This document shows positions 44,051 through 56,186 of a stretch of DNA of 64,000 nucleotides, one piece after another. The translations under genes and the position numbers were made by a program. The stretch comes from Antedon mediterranea (Eukaryota; Animalia; Echinodermata), in contig NC_092676.1 in NCBI RefSeq assembly GCF_964355755.1, positions 14,898,871 to 14,962,870 of the forward strand, read 5' to 3'. The notes beneath the pieces are model-generated. The model was given only the letters and a program-made list of their open reading frames with translations. It searched no databases and had not been told where the DNA came from. Positions within the stretch are counted from its first letter, which is position 1; each line of letters opens with the position of its first letter.

Positions 44051-46169
44051 TTGTTACTACATTAGCTGTTGACCGTTCTACATTAGCTGGTGTTTTATTT
44101 ATTTTTTATTTACTACATAATTTCCGGAGGTTTTCGGAACAATATGATAGGCCTAATTCAAATATAAAAAGCATATTTAATAATTTTCAACGGATTAAAA
44201 CTAGGGTCGTAAAAATTCAACTTTTTGAAATAATCGGTTCACAAAATCTGTACGGAAGAAGAATAAAAATGTGTACAATAACAATAATCTTTTTTTTTTA
44301 TTAAAAGATCACCTAATTATGTTTTGGTAGCAGACTGTAGTTAATTGAAGTTACTGAACAAATTTATTAATAGTTAACTATTTCGTTTTCGAAAATTTAT
44401 TTTAACAAATGTTTTTAAATGATTGATTAATGTGACAGTGCCTTTCATTTACATATTACATGTAATAGTGTATTATAATTATTATTTAATACTTGATCAA
44501 AAAATAATATAAATGCTCTATTTTCCTCTAACATCCAGTTCTTAGTTTGTATACTTTAAATATACAGTATGGAAAACGAGTATGGAGAGTAGATGCCTAT
44601 TAAGCCATGACTACGTATATACATGATATATAGTAATGCTAATTATACCCATAATTGGGTCTTTAACATAATCATATGTTATCTCTTTCGAGGTTCGCAT
44701 CGATATCAATTATGCCCTCTGTGTTTTGTGAACCGATGGTGTGTGCACGTACAGATGCATTGATCGATAGACCCTGGATAGACTATTACTGTATTACGAC
44801 GAAAATAGTCTTGTAATTCATGAGTAACTTAAAACCTTGAGATTTCAGCTAAATAATAAAAATAAGTAAGGAACGAGTTAAAATAATATTAACATACAGG
44901 GAAGAAACATTCAGATGATGTATTGGAGAGTCTAAGCTAAGCAGCGGTTTTATAAGGTAAGCTAACGAACGTTCATTATCCGCTCTCTTTTGCCACCGCC
45001 ATCAACTACTTAAATAAATCACTACTACTAGGCCTAGTATTATAGATATAATTATAATCATCAACAATACATTTTAATCATATAATAGGCCTATATTGTC
45101 TAGTGATTGTTTTACTATAGGCCCAATGGTATTTATTTATTTATTTTCATTGAAATTTACGGTATAAACAAATTAAATCACGTGTAGGCCTAAATGTAAT
45201 TAACACTTTTAATTCAGTTAAAATTATAGATCTACGAAGGAAATATTTATTTGTTTATGATATTGTTGTAGTTGTGACATAAAGATGAATACATAATTAT
45301 TTTGAATGTGCTCAGTCATCCATGCAATGCTTTCTGCTGTAAATTAATTATAAGAGATTCGGCATTCCGAAATCGAAATATTTGGAACATGCGCACTAAC
45401 CAATAGTTATTATAATTTAGTATGTGACCTTTATAGACAAGCAGCGTTTATTCACATATAATGTCTTACCTTCAATTGTCATGTGAATGGACAGTAATTT
45501 AACAACATGTTTAACCTATGTTTTATGCCTCTTTCCTTTTTTCAAACTCAATAATCCTTAAACAAAACATAGGGGAAAATAGAGATATAGATAATTATTA
45601 GCTCCCCGCCCCCTCCCCCTCCCCCTCCCTCCTCTAGGAAGTGTAGACGTTGGTTCTCGGAATGTTAATGACTCGGGTAAAAATGTTGTGACAATTCTGG
45701 TCTGGACGTTTTCGGAGGGCGGTTACCATTAATTGAAATGCTTGATATTCGTAAAACTAAACCCCTCTGTTTCACAGTGTGATGATTAATAACATTTTAA
45801 AATACCGTTTTTGTGATTGTTTAGTAGGTTTTTTACGGTGGAGGTGGGAGGCAGAGTTCATTTTAGGGGTGCTTATTCGAGGGATGCGTTCAATGTTTTA
45901 GTTTAAATAATATGTAACATTTATAAATGTAATGTAAATTCCCTAGATATGAAAATATTATGTGTATAAAAAAATGTATGTGGATGGACGTTTATTAGTT
46001 GATTGGGAGGGTGAAGAGGACGATGATTTATTGGGGAGATATGGGGCGTTTATTCAATTAAATACCATATAGGCCTAATTGGTATAATTAATACATTATT
46101 ACATCTTGTGAAACTAACTTCCGCGACACATCGTTTCGGTCTAAAGAAGAAGACAGCGTTTTATGGGCA

Positions 46170-49100
46170 TCAGTATCTGTCTGTGACGTTCAAACACCAT
46201 CTCTGGTTATCGCGTACGTTGGTTAGGGTCATGTGCAAAAATAGTAATTTATAGCGAAGTGTGCTTTTGAGAAAAAATACTTTCGATGTCAATAGTGTTC
46301 CGATGGTCTTTAAAAGTGGCAATATTTGGTGGAATTTTAATGTTCCGGTCTTACTGGTTCCATTCAGGAATTGTCTTTGGATAGAGCGAGTAACGATTAC
46401 AATCTTTATTGGTTGCTATATTTTCCAGTACTGAAATGTCTAGTCGTGATGTTATAATTCGTTGATTGGCGATATTCGACGATATTACATGGGGTATAAG
46501 TTCTCAGGTTTCTTCGTAACAAGGCGCCATTTGGTTCTACGAGATGTAATTTTTCTAATCATAGGTCAGCATTGCGGTAATACTTGATACTCTACTGTAG
46601 TCCTTAGCTGCAAACCTAGCTGCTCTGTTTTGGATCTTTTCCAGCTTATCTCTGTCTGATTATGATATGGGTCCAAAATAGCAGAACAGTACTCGAGCTT
46701 AGGTCGGATTAGAGACTTATACGCTATGGTTTTGGTGTTTCTGCTACAATAGTATAGGTTCTCTTCAGCAATCCCAGCATTTTGTTTGCTTTATTGGTAA
46801 TTTTGTTTATATGGGTTGACAATTTTAAATCATGACTGAGTTCAACACCTAGGTAAGGATGATGTTTTACCTCTTTTGCCAATCTTTTTCCCATTTCATC
46901 AAAGCGCTCAAGTCTGCTTGCAATTGCAATTTGTCAGTATCTTCAATAGTTGAAATTTTGTTGTAAAGAATGCAGTCAGCTTCACTTTAGAGTTGACATT
47001 GGGTGGTAGGTTGTTGATGTAGGTCAGGAACAGAAGTAGACCAAGAATTGTACCTTGGGGTACCCCGGAAGTGACTTTAGTTTTAGATGAAGTTTTTCCT
47101 TCGAGCACAACTTGTTGGTGTCGATTCGTAATGAAACTATCAATTCAATTCAAGATACTATGTCTGCCCCTGCATGATGTAATTTCTTAAGAAGTCGCTA
47201 ATGAGGGACTGAGTCAAAGGCCTTGCTGAAGTCTATAATTATCAGGTCTGCTTGTCCTTTTCCATCTAGTATTTTCGCAAGATCATCAATTAATGCTGCT
47301 ATTTGAGTGTCGCAAGAGTGGCCTCTGCGAAAACGATCTTGAACATTCGTCAGGATATTATGTTTGTCATGATATGATGGTTCAAGTATTTTGCAAGGAA
47401 TCGATGTTAAGGAAACAGGTCTGTAATTACCTGAGTTGCATCTATCGCCCTTTTTATATGGTGGGGTGATATTAGCATCTTGCCAGGCTTTTGGAAGACA
47501 GCCAGTATCCAATGACTTCTGATACAATTTTATCAAAATCGGTGCAAGTGTTTCAGCGCATTACCTTTATTATTCTAGCTGGAATAGCATCTGGTCCAGA
47601 AGCTAAATACTTCTTGTTTTTTTTATTTTATGAAATTCTAAAAGGACTTTGTGTTGTTACTCGCAAGGCTATGACTTTGTGAATGTATTCTCTTTTGGCT
47701 TTCCTGATTTTCCTGTGTGTGTTTCTTTGGTGTTTTTTAATACGTCCTATGCAGATAAATGATTTATTTTCCAGGCTTTCTTGTATAGTCGCTTTTTCTT
47801 ACATATTTCACGTTTAATGGAGTTGTTAATCCAGGGTAGCTTCCATCTAGAGGATGACATTTTAGACGGTATGAATTCACCCATGGCCCTTTGTATGCAG
47901 AAATTAAGCTTGGTAAACAGTTCTTAGTGTTGACATATTCCGAAGTGAGTTTATTGTTTAGGTCTATGAATCGGTCATTAAGTCGGTTGTAATTTGCTTT
48001 CTTATATATATTTATATATATTTCTTTTAATTGGTCGTACTAGTTTACTGAGACAGTAACTGCTTCATTTTCCCTTATTCCTGGTATAACTTTGGAGATT
48101 TCCACAAAAGATGGACTGATGTGAAACATAAGTCCAATATATTATTTAATCCGGTTGGTTCTGTAAATTGTGGTCTAGTGCAATTTCAATCATTGCCTTG
48201 CTGGGACCAGCGTAAGAACCACCACGAAAATTGTCCCAATCGATGTCAGGGAGGTTAAAGTCTCCTAATAGCCATATATATGCATTAGGTGCAATCTTTC
48301 TCAGGGCGCAGTCTAGCTGATTAATGCAATCGGTATTGGTTTGTTGTGACCGATAGAACACTCCTACGTATAGAGAAGTTACTCCCTGAACACGTATGCT
48401 TATCCATATTCTCTCATAGTTAGTGTTTAAATCAGTCTCCTCTTTGGCAACCATTTCATCTGTGACGGCTATGAGTCCTCTCCCACTCTATTCCGTCTGA
48501 ATACTTGATAGATAGATGGTTGGGTGAAAACACTTTATCATTGGTGATGTCTTTGTTTAGCCATGACTCGATTCCAGTAACAATGTCGGGATTTTCGGTA
48601 TCTAGTAGCACGTTAAACGAATCGTTTTTTGCTTTGACACTTTGACAATTTAAGTTAATAATTTTTCCGCTTACTTTAACCTTTGCAACGAGTACGATTA
48701 GATTTTGGACTCGAGGTGGGGCTTTATAGGCTGAAAATTGTCTAAATCTATGAATCAAGACTGCTATATTTAATTGTGTTAACGGATCGAACAGGTTTGT
48801 CATCTCAAGGCTCTCTGTGATGTTGAATATTGTTGAAGAGAAGTTTGGCAAACCACATGTGATGCATATCCAACTATAAGATGCATTGTTTTGTATGACC
48901 TCAATAACCTCATCACCCATAGATAAACATTCCTATACCATACTTTACAATCTTCACATTCTATAGCTTGCTGCTTCCATTTTACTGCTTTATTACAAAC
49001 TCTGCATGGGCATTTCAGGGCGCGTGGAACTGGGTTTATATTAATGTCCACGGACAGGAGTAGTAAAAACCAGATAAACTTGTACAAATAACATGGAACG

Positions 49101-49390
49101 AACTAACCGTCTATTGGATGGATGTCTGAAGAATGCGTCCTTGAACGGGGCTGTCGAGGTAAAGCAAAAGTTTAAAAATCAAAAGATGTGCTTAACCAAA
49201 CCCACGTCAACAATGCATATCAACAAACAAAATTCAATACAAAACATAAAACAAAAAAAATACTGTGCACAATTACATTGGAGATAGATAGAATTTTGAA
49301 ATTGTAAGTGCGCGTACGCATGCGTTATTTGTGCTACGCACGTAATTGTATTGCCAATGATGAAATATGAGCTGAAATTTATGAGTATCA
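46170..49390 (-). mobile_element. Near full-length, decayed CR1-type LINE (2A-like motif, PHD finger, APE endonuclease, RT)
   Basis: Reads LLLLSVDININPVP, CPCRVC..IECEDC..WICITC, NCQS..ESWL, LLGDFNLPDIDW, NYRPVSLTS, DFSKAFDSVPH and SGVPQGTILG, with many frameshifts. Confidence 0.9.
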
Positions 49391-50168
49391 AATTTTATTT
49401 AATTGTGATTCATGCTTATGAAGATATGATTACAAACGTGATTAGACCGCGTAATTTTTTATTGCGCACCGTGAAAACATAACCGCATCGATTCCTGGCC
49501 ATAAGGAATACACTCAATGCCGTTGCACGCGACTATAAAGGAGGTCAACCTGTCTAACAAACATGTATTATAAATGACAATTTATTTGGGTAAATTAACC
49601 AATATCCTGTTGTTGGCTGCAATTTATGCTAGTGTTTCATTGCGTTTTTAACAAGCACTACTTTCGTGAAAAGGGGAAGGTGGGATGGGAGAATGTAGCA
49701 CCGCCTGCAAACCTCGTCTATGATAGTCTAGTCGCCAAAATAGTACACGCCCGGAAAGATTTCGAATCGTCTCAAGGCCGAATCGTTCCGCTACCGTGAT
49801 ATAGATATATGTACTAATTTAAACCCCCCTAAAAAGCATTCAAATTAGCTTTTAGTTGTATGATTTTGATTAATTAAGGGAAACATCTCTACAAGACGTT
49901 GAATCTTTGGGGATAAAACACAATTAGCCTAGATCAGTTCCAGTTGTCAAAGTTTCGTAATGGTGTCGCTGCATTTCTAGCCTCTAGGCTAGGCCTTAGC
50001 TAAGCCTAGGATTTTAATAATTAACACTGCAGTAGGTGTGTTTATAAATCCAGATAAATATTATAATTCAATATATTATAAAGAAAACCATATATTTACA
50101 CACAAAAAAACAAAATGTATGTATACTGTTTCAATGTGAATCAGCCCGAGGCCTAGCTTTTTCAATCT

Positions 50169-50240
50169 GTGAATGATGAAAGGTTATATTTTAACAAGGC
50201 GAAGCCGAGTTGAAATACTGTATAACCTTTCATCATTCAC
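50169..50240. mobile_element. Perfect 20-bp-arm hairpin with central GGCGAAGCC; Crypton-like non-autonomous element core
   Basis: GTGAATGATGAAAGGTTATA / TATAACCTTTCATCATTCAC flank ..AACAAGGCGAAGCCGAGTT.. The family assignment is from recall. Confidence 0.5.
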
Positions 50241-50789
50241 CTCATGCCATTATTTGTACCATTCCACTCAAACATTCATTATTTGTGCAGTTAGTATTCT
50301 TTTACACAGTTAGCAAATTACCATATCACATTTATGTATAACCCGCTTGGGCTCCAACATTGATCAACCCACCAGAAGAAATAGTATCCTCGATCGACAT
50401 TCTAATATTCTAGTATAATTCTAATGTTTAGGAAGCTTGAGTCTTCGGATCATGATATTTTTCATTTCTTTTTAATTGGTCGTTAACATTCACATTGGAT
50501 TTGGACTTCCACAATTTGCCCAATTACCAAGTGCTTTGAATAAAGTAAAGTAAAATCTATTATTCTCAAAGATTGATTGAAAGTTCAATGATTTGCTTAC
50601 ACTGGCAACAATGATGGTGCTATCATTACATTGTTGTTACATAATGTACTCTCAAACGTATTTGTTAAAAGTTTATTTGTTGACTTTTCTGCTGCATTCA
50701 ACACTATTCAACTCATGTTTTAGTGAATATGATGATACAATTAATCCAGCGATTTTTAGCCGAAAGTTCGAGTAAATAATGTTATATCA

Positions 50790-51260
50790 GATTGTTGTAG
50801 TGCCCCACAAGGTTGTGTCCTTTCAACTACTTTCTTCACTATCTATGCCAATATCACCCAACTGTTCAACCAGCATACGAATAATCTAAGATGTTATGCG
50901 AGAGTAACCTTTGCTGACTTCTCCTAAGCATTTAATACCCGCCATTTTAATAAATAAGTTAATTAAGTTAGAGGTGAATCCGTTCATAATTAAGTGGATC
51001 GAAATTTGCTTATGTAGTCCTAATCGAACACATAATGTATCTTTTGAAAACTATCATTCAAGTGTGACCAATACTAACATTGGATCACCACAAGGATGTG
51101 TTTTAAGCACCTTTTATTTATACTGTAGGCCTACACTAACGACTAAGTCGAAAATTAATAACATACACTAATTAAAATATGCTGATGAAACCGCCATAGT
51201 TAGCCTATTAAAGAGTAGAGTTAGTGAAACAGAATATTATTATGAAATAAATGCTTTTTT
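50790..51260 (+). mobile_element. Rex1/L2-type LINE RT fragments
   Basis: Reads SAPQGCVLS, then LIKLEVNPFIIKWI, GSPQGCVLS and LIKYADETAIVSLL. Confidence 0.7.
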
Positions 51261-51559
51261 TTCTCTCTTTTGTGGCGTTAACCACTATTTTATTCATTTC
51301 ATTATCAAATGATCAATACAATGATTTTACACTTCATCCAAATATATATTCCCTTGTTATTCTGTTCTGTTATTTTCTTGTACTTTCTTTTATCTTTTGT
51401 ACGATTTGATCGAAACAATTCGGTCAGATATATATATATTATATATATAAACACATCAGGCAAAGAACATTAATTCTAAACCGCCCGATGATATACTGAA
51501 ATTTAATTAATTAATTTGAAACGATAAAGATGAGGAAATCTGTGAGAATGAGAAAAAGT

Positions 51560-51637
51560 CGCCCCAACCGAGACTCGAACTCGGACCCGGACCGCCTGCT
51601 TGATATGCAGATGTCCTAACCATTAGACCACTGGGGC
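51560..51637 (-). tRNA. tRNA-like gene or pseudogene (Glu/Asp-like body, anticodon ATC, 6-nt duplication before the T arm)
   Basis: Cloverleaf: acceptor GCCCCAG/TTGGGGC, A box TGGTCTAATGG, anticodon stem TCTGC/GCAGG with loop ATATCAA, T arm CCGAG-TTCGAGT-CTCGG. A TTTTT run follows within a few nt. Confidence 0.55.
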
Positions 51638-53765
51638 TTTCATGGTATTGTTCAAACTCGATTGGATGGCGACTCTTTAACATTCTCGGCGTGGTACGGC
51701 GGAACAGCACTCATCATCATCATCATCTTCTATTACATTGCATTGCAAGTGTCTATATTATTAATATTCCATTTAAAGAGCCTTCTATTGGTAGGAATAA
51801 TACAATGCAATAGTTTGAAATTTAGCTGTTTAAGTTTGTTATCTGTGACCAATCGTTCTCTATATTAAAATGTGTTTCCCACTTTGTTTTACTCTTGATT
51901 GGTTCTTTACATTTTTTTTGATAAAAAAGAGAGGAATGTTTTTACAACTCATTTTACTTTACTGTATTGATATAACAACTTCGTTAACTTTTACATTATC
52001 AATTTTTGAATAGATTATATCTTTCCATTCTCGTGGTATTGCTTTTAGTAGACATGAAAATTCAGCAATCCAATCGATTTGATATTTAACAAAAATAGTA
52101 ATTCATTTGTATTAAGAAATCTGTTATCAATTATAATATGTTTCATCTTTGTTATACCAGATCCAATCCAAAACCTATAGAGGAGTGAGAAACCATTGTG
52201 TGTTATCAAGTTGTTGCCCCATATAGACTGGCAGCCCAGAGACATTTGGTTAGATGAGCTAGGTACCAATATCTGACTATTTGAGTGTGTTGGGGGTCAC
52301 TTGAAGTCAATGAAAATGGGAGTCTGCCGGGTACCCCCTGCTGCGTCTAGACCGGGGGGACCCCGAAACGTGCTAAAAAATCGGCCCGGGTTAGATGAGA
52401 GAGATACCACCTAATTTTACCACCATGGGATGCCCATTGGCATCCTTATACCAGTATCACAAACGACAGACTTTTTCTCTGCTGCAAAAGGCCCGCCAGA
52501 CACCCTGAGGGAGGGCCTAAAATGGGGTTAGCATAGATGAGTGAGGTACCACTCAAAATTAATTCCAAATGAAGAAGTTGTGTTCATACAATACTAAATG
52601 GATAACAACAGACTAATTGTCTGCTGCACCGCAAGTGCCAGACACCCTAAAGTTAGACTAGAGGCCCCCCTTCCCCTAACTAGCCCAGCTTAGATATTGT
52701 AGATACCACCAGCAACCAATGTTATATGATTTAGCACATTGTAAGCAATACCAAATGACCTATTACAGACTATCTGTACACTGCCCTGGCCCTGGCAGAC
52801 CCCTCTAAAGTTAGACTGGAGACCCCTCTTTCCCCAACTAGCCTAGCTTAGATATTGTAGATACCACCAGCAACCAATGTTATATGATTTAGCACATTGT
52901 AAGAAATACCAAATGACCTTATTACAGACTATCTGTACACTGCCTTGGCCCTGGCAGACCTCTCTAAAGTTAGACTAGAGACCCCCCCCCCCTATCCCCA
53001 ACTATTCCAGCTTAGATATTGTAGATACCACCAGCAACCAATGTTATATGATTTAGCACATTGTAAACAATACCAAATAACCTATAACAGACTATCTGTA
53101 CACTGCCTTGGCCCTGGCAGACCCCTCTAAAGTTAGACTAGAGACACCCCCCCCCCCCCAACCCCAACTTAGATATTGTATATACCGCCAGCAACCAATG
53201 TTATATGATTTAGCACATTGTAAACAATATCAAATGACCTATTACAGACTATCTGTACACTGCCTTGGCCCTTGCAGACCCCTCTAAAGTTCGACTAGAG
53301 ACCCCATTTACCCCAAGTATAGCCTACCTTAGATATTGTAGATACCTCCAGCAGCAAAAAAAAAACACCCAAAACAACATGTTTAATTGAATAAAGTTTA
53401 ACTTTAATCGAACTAACACAAAACAATTGAAAATATATCACATCAATGACGATAAAATGACCATTACCATTCTAAAGGGAAAAATAGTTTAAGAGTTTCA
53501 ATTATTATATATTATAAGCCAAATATATATAAGTATGGATTCGGGTAAATTTAGCATTCCTTGCCTTTGGATGTCAAAGATACATCCGTCTGTAACTCTT
53601 GGACATATTTTAAGAGAAAGCTTAGTAATCACCCTAATAAAATTCATGATTGTAGTAACTTAATCTAAAGTGATTTGATTAATTAATAGTGGGTCATTTT
53701 AAATGCTGTATATTATAATCTTAATCCTGTATTCATATTTATATATATATATATATATTTATATA

Positions 53766-56186
53766 GATGCGTTGAGGCTGCAAACGTGCTCAATTTGAAT
53801 CAAGAGCGAATATATATTTTTATAAAGTAGATGGAACACGGACGTTTATTACACGGTGTTTCACGTTAAACGATCTTCAGATAGACTGAACAATACCGTA
53901 TCTCGATCGAAAAAAATATTTTAAAACAAAAATTATAAATATATATAATTTTAGTTTATTTTTATGTACTTTATTTATGTAGATATGTAGTACTGTATCT
54001 ATTAAAAAAAGGTATTTGAACAAAATTAGAGATCTCAATGAGATCCAAATTGGCAATTGCCGCAAAATCCTCACTGAGTTTGACGTTGAAATTCACTCTA
54101 GAACTAAGAAGTTGAAAAGAGAACTTCCTGCATCCTAGTTTTAAAAAAAACTCAGGATTATCGCCAATGACTACTGTCGTAAACAATCAACGGTAATGGC
54201 CCGAAGGGAACATCACAAATTTGGTCTACCTGCAGACTTGGTCATTTCAACACAAATGACTCTACCTTCGGATGACTTCAGCCGGGCTTTTAGGAAACCC
54301 TGCAGTAGGTTCGTTGGGACTTATAACAAGAATCAGAGCAACACCTCTGATTCAGTTGTTGAAATTAATTGTCGACTTTCCGAAGGAGAGAAAAAACTTC
54401 TTTCCCGAGGACTTAAATTCTGCCCAAAACCAAGGCAGGTCGGCGCACAACAACTATCTTTGGATATAGAGTCTTCCTCTAGAATATTGCGATTACGTGA
54501 ATATTTTGCTGATTCAGACAGCAGCACCACGCAAAACGAAGGCAACATTAACAAATTTAAACCAAAAAGTTCCTGGAATCCACCTAAAAATCGTTCAAAA
54601 CTACGTCCCGAGTCCAGATAAATGTGACAATCTCTCAAAACAAGAGAGGCAGGCCATTGCCAAATTGCGTCAGCTATCATCATTAAACCCGCTGATAAAG
54701 GTTCTGCCACTGTTGCTATGGACATCAAATTTTATTAAGAGGAATCCTTCAGACAGCTTCATTATATATCGTAAACTCACAACGGAACCCACCCCAGAAA
54801 TTGCGGATAAGGTGGCCAAATCTGTTTCTGTGATGGTAAAAAAACACTCCATCGATCCTAAGATTTACAGTTACCAAATCCACTAGTAGCGTTGATTTTA
54901 TGGACACTATAGTGACCATAGAAAATGGTACTCTCAAAACTGACCTATTCCGTAAACCCACTGATAAAAATATGTACCTGCTCCCTAGCAGTTGTCATCC
55001 CCAACACTGTACTAAAAACATACCGAACAGTAAAGCATTACGTATCAGACGTATCTGTTCTTCAGATTTAGATTTTCAGAATTGTACCGAAGAACTAACC
55101 GGACATCTCCGGAATAGAAATTACAAGAAGGAATACATCGAAACTACTATAAAGAAAGCAAAAGATATTCCTCGATGTCAAACACTGACGTACAAACCAC
55201 GTCAGCAAAGTTCGACCAGAGTGCCATTGGTCACAACCTATCACCCTAGGTTGCCTCCATTACGGGTTATTAATTTATTGAGAAACATATGCCCATTCTA
55301 CAGTCCACAGAACGTCTCAGGACTGTTTTTCCGGAACCACCCATTATTGCATTTCGTAGACCTCCCAACCTTCGTGATATATTAGTCAGATCCAAATTTA
55401 AGAGTGAAATTAACTCTCATGACAGTCAAAATTTGGGCAGTCACCTTTTACGGCAAATCTTGCAAAACTTGTTCATTGGTTGATTCTACTGAAAATTTTA
55501 AGAGTAACCAAACTGGCCGCATTTTTCGGATAAGACAATCAATTAATTGTCTAACCAAAAACGTCATTTATCTCATATACTGTAATATTTGTGGCAAACA
55601 GTACGTCGGAGAAACAAAATACACTCTCCGTATGAGAATGACACAACACAGATCAGCTATCAAAACATTAAAGCTTGATCAACCTCTAGCCGAACATTTT
55701 AATTCAGCTGGTCACTCGATTGCAAATTTCAGAAGGAAAACCACTGGGAATTACAACTTAAAACCACAAAACCTTTTGTACTTAACATTAGAACATACTC
55801 CCAGGTTGGTAAAATTATTCCATTGTCTACCAAAATTTAAGTTTCAATATTAACCACCATTTAAGCTGTTTTTTAGTTTCATTCCAAAATGGTTTATACT
55901 GTATCTCTACCAAGCTACCTTCTTTGTTTTCTACTCTTATTCAGACTCCACCCTGTCTCCTTTTGTTGTATTTCTTTTATTCCTGTCCACCCAGGCAGTA
56001 CTTGCCAGTTCTTATCCTTCACTTGCAATGATGAAGGGCTAGTGTTGCCCGAAAGCTCTGCTAACGTTTCTGGCTGTTTTACTTTATCGTTTTGATTTAG
56101 CTTTTCACTTTTTTTTTGTATCTTCATTGAGATTCACCCACTGATACCCACAGCATTGTCATTTTTTCAGTTATTTGCCTTTGGAT
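53766..56186 (+). mobile_element. Penelope-like element (Neptune-type), internally deleted, with GIY-YIG endonuclease and pLTR
   Basis: Reads LLSRGLKFCP, NLSKQERQAI, IIKPADKGSA, FMDT..TDLFRKPTD..YL..SSCHP..IRRICS, CKTC and NVIYLIYCNICGKQYVGET. It is flanked by (AT)n. Confidence 0.9.
56025..56061 (+). ncRNA. Minimal type I hammerhead ribozyme motif of the Penelope pLTR (C3 position mutated to A)
   Basis: GCA-ATGATGA-A-GGGC-TAGTGTT-GCCC-GAAA-GCTC-TGC gives core (C)UGAUGA...GAAA, stem II GGGC/GCCC, palindromic stem III AGCT and stem I GCA/TGC. Confidence 0.65.

Larger units (their letters stand above)
41495..44132. mobile_element. Foldback element with CCAGCTAATGTAGAA subterminal repeats, filled with nested insertions
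   Basis: 41555-41620 is the reverse complement of 44053-44132 (GTTACTACATTAGCTGTTGACCGTTCTACATTAGCTGGTGTT). Confidence 0.6.

Noticed and set aside
44900-44962. Possible 5' UTR exon of the SLCO gene ending AAG|GTAAGC
   Set aside because: A good donor site alone is insufficient without transcript data.
46133-46175. Hammerhead-like CTGATG...GTCT/AGAC-CGAAAC on the minus strand
   Set aside because: The core is interrupted by about 12 extra nt and overlaps the CR1 tail, so it is too degenerate to call.
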